DNA of 61,605 nt, counting the filler. It is 5 parts of 5 records of this genome, joined end to end, with 100 filler letters (N's around TTAATTAATTAA, not from the genome) between each part and the next. Parts side by side here need not be neighbours in the genome. Positions count along the whole stretch, not along the records: positions 43,918 to 61,605 come from DRR723986_19036; 4 more parts are not named here. The stretch is one strand, 5' to 3'. The translations under genes were made by a program, and so were the position numbers. Shown piece by piece: positions 47,605-57,218 of this stretch (position 1 is its first letter; each line of letters starts with the position of its first letter). Under the pieces are notes generated by a model. It had not been told where the DNA came from. It was given only the letters and a program-made list of their open reading frames with translations, and did not search any database.

Positions 47605-48651
47605 ATGGAAACTATTCAAGAATCCGCACAATCCCTGAAGCAAGCATGGGAGAATCTGAAAGAATCTGAGCCTCAACTTAGAATCCGTGATGCTGCTTCC
47701 AAACTTGGTGTGACTGAAGCACAACTTTTAGCCACCGGAATCGGCGCAAACGTGATTCGTCTGACTGATAATTTTACCGAGCAACTGGAAGAATTCCCAA
47801 AACTAGGTCGCGTGATGTCACTGACCAGAAGCGAAGGCTGTGTATTGGAGCACAAGGGACCCTTTCAGAAAATTGAAATGCATGCTGCCGGACCGCACAA
47901 GATCGCTACTGTAATTGGCCCAATCGAGCAGCGAGTATTTTTCGCAGGTTGGAAATTTGGTTTTGCAGTGACTACCGAGACTCCTCGTGGCACAATGAAA
48001 AGCTTGCAATACTTCGACAAAGCTGGTGAAGCTGTAATGAAAGTCTATTTGCAGGAGAAATCAAATCCAGAAGCTTACGAGGAATTGGTGAAAAATAATA
48101 CAGCAGAAGACCAGTCTGCTGAGTTGGAGCTTGAAGCTTTTCCAACTCCGGAATATGTGTCCCGAGAAGAATTGGACTTCGAAGGATTTTCCAAAGATTG
48201 GGAAACGATGAAGGATACGCATGATTTCTTTGGTATGCTTCGCAAATACAAGCTGAACAGGCAAGATGCTGTGAAGTGGATTGACGACAAATGGGCTTAT
48301 GAGATCGACAGGCTTTCTGCACGTAAAATCGTAGAAACTGCCGCTGAGACCAAACTCCCTATCATGATTTTCGCTGGGAATAAAGGCAACATCCAAATCC
48401 ACCAAGGTAAGGTGCAGACCATTCGCCAGATGGGTGATTGGCTCAATGTACTTGATCCTGATTTCAACATGCATTTGAATGAAAATGTGGTTGACAAAGC
48501 CTATGTAGTTCATAAAAATACGGAAGATGGGTTGGTATCTGCTGTTGAGCTTTTCGATAAAGCAGGCGAAATGGTCGCTCAGTTCTTCGGATTGAGAAAG
48601 CCGGGACTTCCTCAGAAACCTGAGTGGAAAGCTTTGGTAGATAGCCTTTAA
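47605..48651 (+). CDS. hmuS: HemS/ChuS/HmuS-family haem-degrading protein
   Basis: RIRDAA..LGV.EA, DTHDFF.ML, GNKGNIQIH, NVLDPDFNMHL and FFGLRKPG motifs. Confidence 0.88.
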   Translation: METIQESAQSLKQAWENLKESEPQLRIRDAASKLGVTEAQLLATGIGANVIRLTDNFTEQLEEFPKLGRVMSLTRSEGCVLEHKGPFQKIEMHAAGPHKIATVIGPIEQRVFFAGWKFGFAVTTETPRGTMKSLQYFDKAGEAVMKVYLQEKSNPEAYEELVKNNTAEDQSAELELEAFPTPEYVSREELDFEGFSKDWETMKDTHDFFGMLRKYKLNRQDAVKWIDDKWAYEIDRLSARKIVETAAETKLPIMIFAGNKGNIQIHQGKVQTIRQMGDWLNVLDPDFNMHLNENVVDKAYVVHKNTEDGLVSAVELFDKAGEMVAQFFGLRKPGLPQKPEWKALVDSL

Positions 48652-48698
48652 TACAAATTTCGGCGGGAGGTAAAGCTCCCGCCATCTCAAAAATTTTT

Positions 48699-50969
48699 AT
48701 GCACATGCATAGATTTGATCTAAATAAACACTTCATCGTTTTCTCTTTGCTATTCCTGGCTATGCCAATTATAGCACAAGCTCAAGCTGTGTTGCAAGGA
48801 AAAGTGGTGGATTCCCATGGCAATGCGGTGTCTCATGCTACGATCTGGCTGGCAGACCTTAAGGGAGAAGTAGCCGACGAACAGGGTGAATTCTCACTTG
48901 CCCAATTGCCATCAGAAGGGAAACTCAAAATTTCAGCGGTGGGATTTGAGACGATCTGGGCAACTTGGCCGGCGGGAAAAACTACAGAAACATTCGTATT
49001 GACTTCCTCGACTTCTGATTTGGAAACTGTTGTGGTCACAGGGAATTTTGAGCCTCAGTCTGCCAGGCAGTCTGTCTATCAGGTGCGGACCATCGGTGCT
49101 GAAGTCATTAAAAATCGAGCACCAAGTAATATTCAGGAGGTTTTGAGCACGGAGCTGGGAATTCGATTTTCTCAAGACAACGCGCTTGGTTCGAGCAATA
49201 TGGAGCTTCTCGGAATGTCTGGACAAAACGTAAAAATCCTGATTGACGGCATTCCGATGGTCGGTCGTCAGGGAACTTCCAACGAGATAAACATCAATCA
49301 GATCGACATCAACCGCATTGAGCGAGTGGAGATCGTCGAAGGCCCTATGTCTGTCGTCTATGGCGCAGATGCATTGGCTGGAGTGATCAATATCATCACC
49401 AAGTCGGATGATGTAAAGAAATTTGACGTGAAAGCCAGAGTTCAGGAAGAAACTGTAGGAAGTGAATACAGTCCCTTTGACGGAAAAGGCACACATATCA
49501 GAAGTGTGACTGGAAGCTATCGGCTGAAACACTGGGATTTAGGTGCTTCATTTTCGCAGAACAATTTCGGTGGATGGAAAGGTGAAAAAACTGGAAGAGA
49601 CTACGAGTGGCTTCCAAAAGATCAAAACTTTCTCAATCTCAAAGCAGGCTGGGGAAATGAATCTCTAAACTTGGAATATCAGCTGGACTTCTTGGATGAG
49701 ACAGTTTTTTCCTATGGGCCAGAAGCTCGTCTGGAGATGCTGGATCAGGAATTCATCACTTCCCGCTGGATGCATAGGCTGAGCGGAAGGTGGGATACCA
49801 ATTCCAAATTTGGAGTTACCTGGCAAGGAGCATTTACAGATTATGCCCGAGAAAGCCAGACTTGGGTGACCAATGTGCGGACAGGTGAGCATTACCAATC
49901 CCAAGCTCCCGGAGCTAATTCTACCATCGATTACACTGGATTTAGCTGGAGAATGATCGGCGATTGGAAGCTTGCTGATAAATTCAATTTGCAACCTGGA
50001 ATCGACCTGAATCTGGAACAAGGTTCTGGCGAGAGAATAGACGAGAATGAAGGAATTCAGGATTATGCTATTTTCCTTTCCGGAGAATGGTCTCCAGTTT
50101 CTACCATTAAAATCAAACCGGGACTACGCAAAAGCTGGAATTCTGCTTACGAAACACCAGCTTTGATTCCTTCATTGAACACAAAATTTGCCTTGAATGA
50201 AAACTTGGATCTGAGACTGGCCTATGCCAACGGATTCAGAGCTCCTTCTATCCGTGAATTGTATTTCAACTTCTTTGACGCAAGTCACAGTATCACTGGA
50301 AATCCAGATCTGAAAGCGGAGACCTCCAATAGTTTCAATGGATCATTGGATTGGAAAGTTCAAGTTAACCCAACCTGGAAAATTTCAACTGTGCTTGGCG
50401 CTTTTTACAATGATGTAAAAGACAGAATCGCTTACGGTCAAGATCTAAGCGACATTCAGGTGACTACCTTGTTCAATGTGGAGCGATACAAAACGGCTGG
50501 TCTTACGCTGAACAATAGCCATTCCTTCAAAAACCTGACTGCAAATGTTGGGTTCTCTTACATCGGACGCTACAACCTACTTTCTGAAGAGCAGACTATA
50601 GTTCCCGATATGAGCTGGACTCCAGAGGTGAATACAAATCTTACTTATCAGATTTTGCCATGGAGAACTACTGCGACGCTCTTCTACAAATGGACAGGCG
50701 CATTGCCCGGCTATGAAACAATCACTGATTCTGAGGGAAACCCTTCCGCAACTGAAATAATGCTGGACGGCTACCACTGGATGGATATTTCTTTCAAGAA
50801 GGATTTTGGCAAGCATCTATCTGTGAATGCCGGAGCTAGAAATATCCTAGACGTAAAGCAAATCAATAGTACTTCCGGAGGTGGAGATGCCCATGGAGGT
50901 GGAACCCAAAGACCCGTAGGCTATGGAAGATCCTACTTCCTCGGTCTCACTTATCAATTAAATAAATAA
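48699..50969 (+). CDS. TonB-dependent outer-membrane receptor (probable haem receptor)
   Basis: ETVVVTG, LIDG, IERVEIVEGP.S.VYG..A..GVINII, GFRAPS and GNPDLKAE motifs. Confidence 0.92.
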   Translation: MHMHRFDLNKHFIVFSLLFLAMPIIAQAQAVLQGKVVDSHGNAVSHATIWLADLKGEVADEQGEFSLAQLPSEGKLKISAVGFETIWATWPAGKTTETFVLTSSTSDLETVVVTGNFEPQSARQSVYQVRTIGAEVIKNRAPSNIQEVLSTELGIRFSQDNALGSSNMELLGMSGQNVKILIDGIPMVGRQGTSNEININQIDINRIERVEIVEGPMSVVYGADALAGVINIITKSDDVKKFDVKARVQEETVGSEYSPFDGKGTHIRSVTGSYRLKHWDLGASFSQNNFGGWKGEKTGRDYEWLPKDQNFLNLKAGWGNESLNLEYQLDFLDETVFSYGPEARLEMLDQEFITSRWMHRLSGRWDTNSKFGVTWQGAFTDYARESQTWVTNVRTGEHYQSQAPGANSTIDYTGFSWRMIGDWKLADKFNLQPGIDLNLEQGSGERIDENEGIQDYAIFLSGEWSPVSTIKIKPGLRKSWNSAYETPALIPSLNTKFALNENLDLRLAYANGFRAPSIRELYFNFFDASHSITGNPDLKAETSNSFNGSLDWKVQVNPTWKISTVLGAFYNDVKDRIAYGQDLSDIQVTTLFNVERYKTAGLTLNNSHSFKNLTANVGFSYIGRYNLLSEEQTIVPDMSWTPEVNTNLTYQILPWRTTATLFYKWTGALPGYETITDSEGNPSATEIMLDGYHWMDISFKKDFGKHLSVNAGARNILDVKQINSTSGGGDAHGGGTQRPVGYGRSYFLGLTYQLNK

Positions 50970-50992
50970 CTATTCCCCCAAATTTAAACACA

Positions 50993-52048
50993 ATGCAACA
51001 GTATCGTTTTCTAACTCTTACAGCCTTAATGGCTGGCGTGACACTTTTCTCATCCTGCAGTGATGACGATCCAGAGCCGGTAGTAGTACCGCCTACAGAA
51101 TCGGGAATCATCGAAGTAAATGGTGGCGGGGCCACTTATCCGAATACCGCATACATCCAATTCCGAACTGGCACTCAGACAGCAGTGGCCAGAGAATCAT
51201 GGGATCTTGCCTTCGCTACAGGATCTGAATTCAAAGTCCTGATTAACGGCACCACGGGCGCCATGGCTTCTGCTACCGGAGAAACTGATATCAATGCTGT
51301 TTCCGCTGCTGATATGAGTGCAGCTGACTCTGCGGCTCTGGTTTTAACCTACACTAACCAAGTAGGAATTCAACATGTGGACGACGCAGCTTCGCCTTTG
51401 TCCAAACCTGCAATCGCTGCCATCAGTTCTACTGAAAGTAGCAATGAAGTCTATATTCTTTCGAGAGGTGCTAGTGCAGTCGATGCCAAACCTCTCAAGA
51501 AAATCAGAATCATCAGAAACGGTGAAGGCTATACGCTACAGCATGCGGATGCAGATGCTACTACTTTTACCTCTGTAGATATTGGGAAGGATAGTGACTT
51601 GAACTTCGTATACTTCAGTTTTGAAAATGGAATTGTTGATGTAGAGCCTGGTAAAGCTGCGTGGGATATCGCTTGGACAGCAGGTACTTCTTCAACAAGC
51701 TTCGGAGGCGCGCCTTTGGCATATTTCTTCCAGGATTTAGTTTACCATAATATTTATGGTGGTAGCGCAGCTGCACAAGTGCTGGAAGAAGATATTGCTT
51801 ATGAAAGCTTTACAGAACAAGATGCTGAGACGCTCACTTTCAGTACCACAGATAGATTGACTATTGGTTCAAGCTGGAGGACAACACAGCCTTCAGAAAC
51901 TACTCCTCCGCATGCATTTGATACGATATATTATGTAGTAAAAGATGCTGAAGATAATATCTACAAAGTAAGATTCCTTTCTTTGACCAAAGACGGGGAA
52001 AGAGGCAAGCCGAGCTTAGAGTTTGAACTTGTATCAGAAGATCTATAA
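50993..52048 (+). CDS. hmuY: HmuY-family haem-binding lipoprotein
   Basis: Lipobox FSSC; two WDL/IA motifs; IGSSWR...YYVVKD..N.YKVRF. Confidence 0.8.
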   Translation: MQQYRFLTLTALMAGVTLFSSCSDDDPEPVVVPPTESGIIEVNGGGATYPNTAYIQFRTGTQTAVARESWDLAFATGSEFKVLINGTTGAMASATGETDINAVSAADMSAADSAALVLTYTNQVGIQHVDDAASPLSKPAIAAISSTESSNEVYILSRGASAVDAKPLKKIRIIRNGEGYTLQHADADATTFTSVDIGKDSDLNFVYFSFENGIVDVEPGKAAWDIAWTAGTSSTSFGGAPLAYFFQDLVYHNIYGGSAAAQVLEEDIAYESFTEQDAETLTFSTTDRLTIGSSWRTTQPSETTPPHAFDTIYYVVKDAEDNIYKVRFLSLTKDGERGKPSLEFELVSEDL

Positions 52049-52071
52049 ACTATTAGGTTCAATTATTTCGG

Positions 52072-52109
52072 AAAGGCCAGGGATAGCAAAAGCTGTTCTT
52101 GGTTTTTTT
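52072..52109 (+). terminator. Terminator after the haem-uptake cluster
   Basis: GGCCAGGGATAGC-AAAA-GCTGTTCTTGGTT followed by a T-run. Confidence 0.65.
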
Positions 52110-52119
52110 ATGCCATATA

Positions 52120-52397
52120 TTTTACCGCAAAGAGGTCGCGGAGGTTTGCGCGGAGTGCACAATTTTATATACTGTCCTACTTCTGGAGAAGCTAGATCTA
52201 AAAGCGTGTGTAAACTGGATTCAACGTTGATTTTTTAGCCACAAAGAGCACCAAGAAATAGCGAAGTCGAATGCTGCGCCGTTGCGCAGCCGACTGAAAA
52301 TTCTAAATGCCAAAATCAAAAGGGTTTGATCTGCAATATAAAGTTCAATTACAGTTTGCGTCCTCTGCGGAAAACTCTGTGCCCTTAGCGGTTAAAA
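52120..52397. repeat. Intergenic imperfect inverted-repeat element (REP/REPIN-like)
   Basis: Arms 52120-52162 and 52355-52397 are imperfect reverse complements; internal hairpin at 52265-52295. Confidence 0.6.
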
Positions 52398-52401
52398 CCA
52401 C

Positions 52402-52881
52402 TCAATCCAGTATCCGTCGTGCGAATAAAAATGCCTTAGCCCAGTAATTATTGCTCAGATAATCTTCCGACACGCCAAGCGAGGTAGAAGAATGAATAAA
52501 ACGAACATCTCCCCGTGAGGTCTCTGTCACTATACCCGAGTGAGTCACCTGCTTTCTTCTTTTACCTGTGGCAAAAAACAGTACATCACCAGGCTTGATC
52601 TCATTAGTCCGGATACTCTTACCCATTTTACTTTGATCCGTTGAGATTCTCGGCATCGTAATTCCCACAGAATAAAACGAATGATAAACCAAGGCTGAAC
52701 AATCTATTCCAGCACGAGTGGTTCCTCCATAACGATAAGGTGTTCCTGTATAACTTCTAGCAGTCTGAATGACAGTATTGAATGGCTCGCTGGCAACTTT
52801 CTTTTTGGATGCGCAAGAAGTACCGAGCATCAATCCCAAAACGAGAAAAAAAGCGGTAAAACGGAATTGTTTGAGCAGCAT
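52402..52881 (-). CDS. NlpC/P60 (C40) peptidoglycan peptidase lipoprotein
   Basis: Lipobox GTSC; GTPYRYGG, DCS, PGDVLFF, HSGI and FIHSS motifs. Confidence 0.92.
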   Translation of the reverse strand: MLLKQFRFTAFFLVLGLMLGTSCASKKKVASEPFNTVIQTARSYTGTPYRYGGTTRAGIDCSALVYHSFYSVGITMPRISTDQSKMGKSIRTNEIKPGDVLFFATGKRRKQVTHSGIVTETSRGDVRFIHSSTSLGVSEDYLSNNYWAKAFLFARRILD

Positions 52882-52986
52882 AGTGGTTTTTGTTCTCTCA
52901 AGTATAAGACGAAGCCAATCAGGAATCAACCTTTTTTGATCAAAAAGGAATTCATTTTAGTAACTTAACGAGTGCATTTGAAGATT

Positions 52987-53226
52987 ATGAGTAAAGAAGA
53001 ATTCACCAACCTCCCTTTCCACAAAAAAATAAATACCCTCTACACCGAGGGTACATTTGTGGTCGGTATACGCTATTACAAGCACAAGGTGAATCTTTAT
53101 CTTCTCGAAAACGAATACATCGAAGTTTTCTATAATCACAAACAGGATAAAATTGATAAAATTGACTTTTTGCCACGAGATCATACTCGAATGAAGTTCT
53201 ATTTGGATCAGATAAAGTTAGCATGA
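52987..53226 (+). CDS. Small hypothetical protein
   Basis: Protein-like 79-aa ORF (EF..L....K...L...G...LY.L....IEVFY). Confidence 0.7.
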   Translation: MSKEEFTNLPFHKKINTLYTEGTFVVGIRYYKHKVNLYLLENEYIEVFYNHKQDKIDKIDFLPRDHTRMKFYLDQIKLA

Positions 53227-53263
53227 TATTTCCCGCAGATTAAAACCAATTTGCATAGAATAA

Positions 53264-53486
53264 TTTCCCGCAGATTGACGCAGAAAAAACACGCTGAGTT
53301 GCGCAAATTTTTGATGTTGTACTATAGATTATCTCGGATTGAATTTGAGGTTATTTTCGGGAAAACAAACTGCATCAAATAAGCCTCTCGATGATTTACA
53401 GAGCTTTTTTAGGAGCAGAGATTCCTTTGATAGTTCAAGATCCTCGACAATCTGCGTTAATTATCTGCGTAGATCTGCGGGAAATA
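53264..53486 (+). repeat. Bipartite inverted-repeat element, copy L (upstream of GxxExxY)
   Basis: 5' arm 53264-53315, 121-nt spacer, 3' arm 53437-53486; termini TTTCCCGCAGAT / ATCTGCGGGAAA. Confidence 0.9.
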
Positions 53487-53565
53487 TCAACAATCATCTC
53501 CGGGAAATATGAACTAAATTCGACTGATATTCAGTAAATTAGACACACTTTTTAAATCATACAAA

Positions 53566-53943
53566 ATGACTGAAAACGATATTTCTTATAGAATACGAGG
53601 ATGTATTTTTAAAGTATACAACCGCCTAGGGCCAGGATTATTGGAATCTGCTTATGAACTCGCTTTAACTCATGAATTAGAAAAAGACGGGCTAAATGTA
53701 AGACGTCAAGTAGGTCTTCCGTTAGTTTATGATACGATTAAGTTAGATGTTGGCTATAGGATTGACTTAATAGTTGAAAATAAGGTCATAGTCGAAATTA
53801 AATCAATTGAAAACCTTTTGGAGGTACACCATAAGCAAATCATTACTTATCTAAGACTATCAGGATTAAAACTCGGACTATTGGTTAATTTCAATGTGGA
53901 AGATATTACTGAAGGAATTATCAGGAAAGTCAATAACCTTTAG
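53566..53943 (+). CDS. GxxExxY protein (predicted PD-(D/E)XK nuclease fold)
   Basis: LGPGLLESAYE signature; RIDLIVENKVIVEIKS; Q..TYL...GLLVNF. Confidence 0.93.
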   Translation: MTENDISYRIRGCIFKVYNRLGPGLLESAYELALTHELEKDGLNVRRQVGLPLVYDTIKLDVGYRIDLIVENKVIVEIKSIENLLEVHHKQIITYLRLSGLKLGLLVNFNVEDITEGIIRKVNNL

Positions 53944-53944
53944 G

Positions 53945-54069
53945 TTTCCCGCAGATTTACGCAGAAAAAAAACGCTGAGTTGCGCAGATTTTTGATTGAC
54001 ATAATTGTTTTTTGTTTTAAAGATCCGCGACAATCTGCGTTAGTTATCTGCGAACATCTGCGGGAAATA
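53945..54069 (+). repeat. Bipartite inverted-repeat element, copy R (downstream of GxxExxY)
   Basis: 5' arm 53945-53996 (49/52 identical to copy L), 23-nt spacer, 3' arm 54020-54069 (46/50 identical to copy L). Confidence 0.9.
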
Positions 54070-54153
54070 GCCCCGAAAGTTAGTAGGATAGGAAGTAGCT
54101 TTGCGGGAAATTCCCAAAAATTCGAGTAATTCGTATCATTAATTTTTATACCC

Positions 54154-55143
54154 ATGAAGAGAAAAATTGCCCTGGTTACAGGTGGATATACCGGAGAATC
54201 TGTCATTTCTTTAAAAAGTGCTGCTGTGGTAGAAAAAACCATTGACCGCAATCTTTACGACGTTTACAAAATCCTGATTTATCCTGGAGATTGGCATTTT
54301 CTGTCTGCCTCAGGAGAAAAAATCCCAGTGGACTTAAACGACTTCAGTATAAGAATCGGTGATGACAAAATCACCTTTGACGGTATTTTCAATATCCTTC
54401 ATGGCTCTCCGGGAGAAGATGGAAAGCTTGCGGGCTATTTCGACATGATCGGTATTCCATACACTACTTGTGATCAGCTCAGCTCTGCCATTACCATGAA
54501 CAAGGGCTATACAAAAGCAATTGTAGACGACATCGAGGAGCTGCACATTGCTAAATCACTTCAGCTATTTGAAAACTCTGCTAAAAACCTAAAGCGGGTA
54601 CAAGATGAGCTGACTTTGCCTCTTTTTATCAAACCAAATAATGGAGGAAGCTCTATCGGTATGAGTAAAGTAAAAACCTGGGAAGAATTGCCTGAGGCTT
54701 TGGATAAGGCTTTTGCGGAAGATAAACAGGTGCTGGTAGAAGAGTTTGTCTCAGGGCGGGAGTTTTCAATTGGCTGCTATAAAGGTAAAGGAGAAATCAC
54801 CGTGCTTCCCGCCACGGAGATCGTGAGCAGCAAAGAATTCTTCGATTATGAAGCCAAATACGTGGCAGGAGTGACAGAAGAAATCACCCCAGGAAGAATG
54901 TCTGATGAAGAAGTTGCCCGTGTAAATCGGATTATTGCAAAGATCTATGAAAAGTTAAACTGCAAAGGCGCGATCCGCGTAGATTACTTCCTTCAACACG
55001 AAACAGGCAAATTTTACTTTATCGAAGTAAACACTGTTCCAGGCCAAACTGAAACCAGTTTGATTTCCCAGCAAGTGAAAGCCATCGGCATGGAGGTGAG
55101 GGATTTTTATACTGAGTTGATTGAGGAGATGTTTATTATTTAA
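54154..55143 (+). CDS. ddl: D-alanine--D-alanine ligase
   Basis: GGYTGE..ISL.S, LHGSPGEDG, KPNNGGSSIG, FDYEAKY and EVNTVPG motifs. Confidence 0.95.
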   Translation: MKRKIALVTGGYTGESVISLKSAAVVEKTIDRNLYDVYKILIYPGDWHFLSASGEKIPVDLNDFSIRIGDDKITFDGIFNILHGSPGEDGKLAGYFDMIGIPYTTCDQLSSAITMNKGYTKAIVDDIEELHIAKSLQLFENSAKNLKRVQDELTLPLFIKPNNGGSSIGMSKVKTWEELPEALDKAFAEDKQVLVEEFVSGREFSIGCYKGKGEITVLPATEIVSSKEFFDYEAKYVAGVTEEITPGRMSDEEVARVNRIIAKIYEKLNCKGAIRVDYFLQHETGKFYFIEVNTVPGQTETSLISQQVKAIGMEVRDFYTELIEEMFII

Positions 55144-55230
55144 GACATAAGTATGTAGACATAAGTAGCTAGATTGACACTTTCTCCCATCTCAGAATCT
55201 TGTATTGAGAATTCTAAAAATCTTGCTACT

Positions 55231-55273
55231 AAAAATAAAAGCTTCCGATTTAAAACCGGAAGCCTTTATTTTT
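55231..55273. terminator. Bidirectional terminator between convergent ddl and metK
   Basis: AAAAATAAAAGCTTCCG...CGGAAGCCTTTATTTTT. Confidence 0.75.
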
Positions 55274-56525
55274 ATAGTCCAAATGCAGATTTAATCTTAT
55301 CCACGTAATCAAGCTTTTCCCAAGTGAATAACTCCACATCGAGCTTTATCTCATTTCTATATGGAGATACAAACACCTTGGTTACCACTTCATTTTTTCT
55401 ACCCATGTGGCCATAAGCAGCCGTTTCTTCATAGATAGGATTTCTCAGTTTCAATCGTTGCTCGATAGCATACGGACGCATATCGAAGATTTCTTCAATT
55501 TTCTTCGCGATAGCCCCGTCATTCAGATCAACTTTGGCAGTGCCATATGTATTGATATAAATACCCATAGGCTTGGCAACTCCAATCGCATAAGAAACCT
55601 GCACCAACACCTCATCAGCAAGACCAGCAGCAACCATGTTTTTTGCAATATGCCTAGTAGCATAAGCTGCAGAACGGTCAACTTTTGAAGGATCCTTGCC
55701 AGAGAAAGCTCCTCCACCGTGTGCACCTTTGCCTCCATAAGTATCTACGATGATTTTTCTACCTGTCAAACCTGTGTCACCATGCGGTCCACCTATTACA
55801 AACTTACCGGTAGGATTGATGTGATATTTTATTTCTGAAGTGAAAAGCTTTTGTATTTCCGGTTTTAGCTTAGCAATTACTCTTGGTATCAAAATATTGA
55901 TGATATCGGATTTGATTTTAGCGAGCATTTTCCCTTCCTCATCAAAATCATCATGCTGAGTAGAAACCACTATTGCTTCTATACGCTGAGGCACATTGTC
56001 GTCAGAATATTCTATAGTTACCTGAGCTTTGGAGTCAGGGCGGATATACGTGATCTCCTTATTTTCTCTTCTCAAATCTGCCAATTCACGAAGGATCATA
56101 TGCGATAGATCCAAAGCCAAAGGCATGTAGTTTTCAGTTTCATTGGTGGCATAACCAAACATCATCCCCTGATCACCTGCACCTTGTTCTTCCGGGCTCT
56201 GACGAACCACACCTTGGTTAATCTCTGAAGATTGCTCATGAATTGCTGAAAGTACTCCACAAGAGTTTCCTTCAAACATGTACTCACTCTTTGTGTAACC
56301 GATTCTGTTAATCACGTCACGGGCTATTTTCTGAACGTCAAGGTAAATGTCAGAATTCACCTCACCAGCTAGGAACACCTGACCTGTCGTCACAAGAGTT
56401 TCACAGGCTACTTTGGAATTTGGGTCGAAGGCTAAAAAATTGTCAATTAACGCGTCAGAGATTTGATCTGCGATTTTATCTGGATGCCCCTCAGAAACAG
56501 ACTCTGAGGTAAATAGATATGCCAT
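55272..56525 (-). CDS. metK: S-adenosylmethionine synthetase
   Basis: [19 protein letters not shown] and [16 protein letters not shown] motifs. Confidence 0.97.
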   Translation of the reverse strand: MAYLFTSESVSEGHPDKIADQISDALIDNFLAFDPNSKVACETLVTTGQVFLAGEVNSDIYLDVQKIARDVINRIGYTKSEYMFEGNSCGVLSAIHEQSSEINQGVVRQSPEEQGAGDQGMMFGYATNETENYMPLALDLSHMILRELADLRRENKEITYIRPDSKAQVTIEYSDDNVPQRIEAIVVSTQHDDFDEEGKMLAKIKSDIINILIPRVIAKLKPEIQKLFTSEIKYHINPTGKFVIGGPHGDTGLTGRKIIVDTYGGKGAHGGGAFSGKDPSKVDRSAAYATRHIAKNMVAAGLADEVLVQVSYAIGVAKPMGIYINTYGTAKVDLNDGAIAKKIEEIFDMRPYAIEQRLKLRNPIYEETAAYGHMGRKNEVVTKVFVSPYRNEIKLDVELFTWEKLDYVDKIKSAFGL

Positions 56526-56632
56526 AAATATAAGTTGGTAATGCGTATTTTAAAGGAAGCCCAAAAATACGGGAACTGGAGGAAATAAAAAACTTAGGGT
56601 TCTAGGGATTAATGAATATTGTTTTCGATGGT

Positions 56633-57208
56633 TTAGCTCTTCTTTACAAACCCCTCAGTAATCTGATTCATAGCTTTCACTTTGTATTCGAAGTCGCCTT
56701 TGAGAGTTTCACGGTAAGCATTTAAATTATTAAGCAAATCATCCAATTCCTCCGGAAGCACATCTTCCAATAATTGGCGAAGTCGCTTTGCTGCCGTTGG
56801 AGATTTACCATTGGTGCTAATGGCTATTTTCAAGTTTCCTTTAGTAACGATTCCTCCCAAATAGAAATCACATAATTCTGGCGTATCTGCTACATTCACT
56901 AACAGAAAGCGTTCTTTCGCTTCGTTACGAATCTGCCGATTTACAGATTTATCATCAGTGGCGGCAATTACGATATGCTTCCCGCCAAGATATTTCTCAT
57001 GGTAAACATCCTCTATCAAAGTCACAGAATCAGTAGTCGAAGCTAGATCAAAGAAGGGTTGAGAAAATTCCCTAGAAACCGCAGTCACCTGAGCATTAGG
57101 ACTTGATTTTAAGAGGAATTCCAACTTTTCCGTACCCACATTTCCTCCTCCGATCAGGAGCACGTTGAGTTCGTGTACTTTTAGGAAAATAGGGTATAAA
57201 TGATTCAT
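56633..57208 (-). CDS. Precorrin-2 dehydrogenase / sirohydrochlorin ferrochelatase (Met8/SirC-like)
   Basis: LYPIFL, IGGGNVG..K, VNVAD.P..CDF and ISTNGKSP motifs. Confidence 0.9.
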   Translation of the reverse strand: MNHLYPIFLKVHELNVLLIGGGNVGTEKLEFLLKSSPNAQVTAVSREFSQPFFDLASTTDSVTLIEDVYHEKYLGGKHIVIAATDDKSVNRQIRNEAKERFLLVNVADTPELCDFYLGGIVTKGNLKIAISTNGKSPTAAKRLRQLLEDVLPEELDDLLNNLNAYRETLKGDFEYKVKAMNQITEGFVKKS

Positions 57209-57218
57209 GTGATTTAGG

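Noticed and set aside
53224-54069. GxxExxY-flanking repeats read as a CRISPR array or IS ends
   Set aside because: The arms alternate in orientation, the spacers are very unequal, and there is no cas or transposase gene.
56526-56632. Possible SAM riboswitch upstream of metK
   Set aside because: The leader after the TAnnTTTG-like element is only about 37 nt and AT-rich, with no recognisable SAM aptamer.
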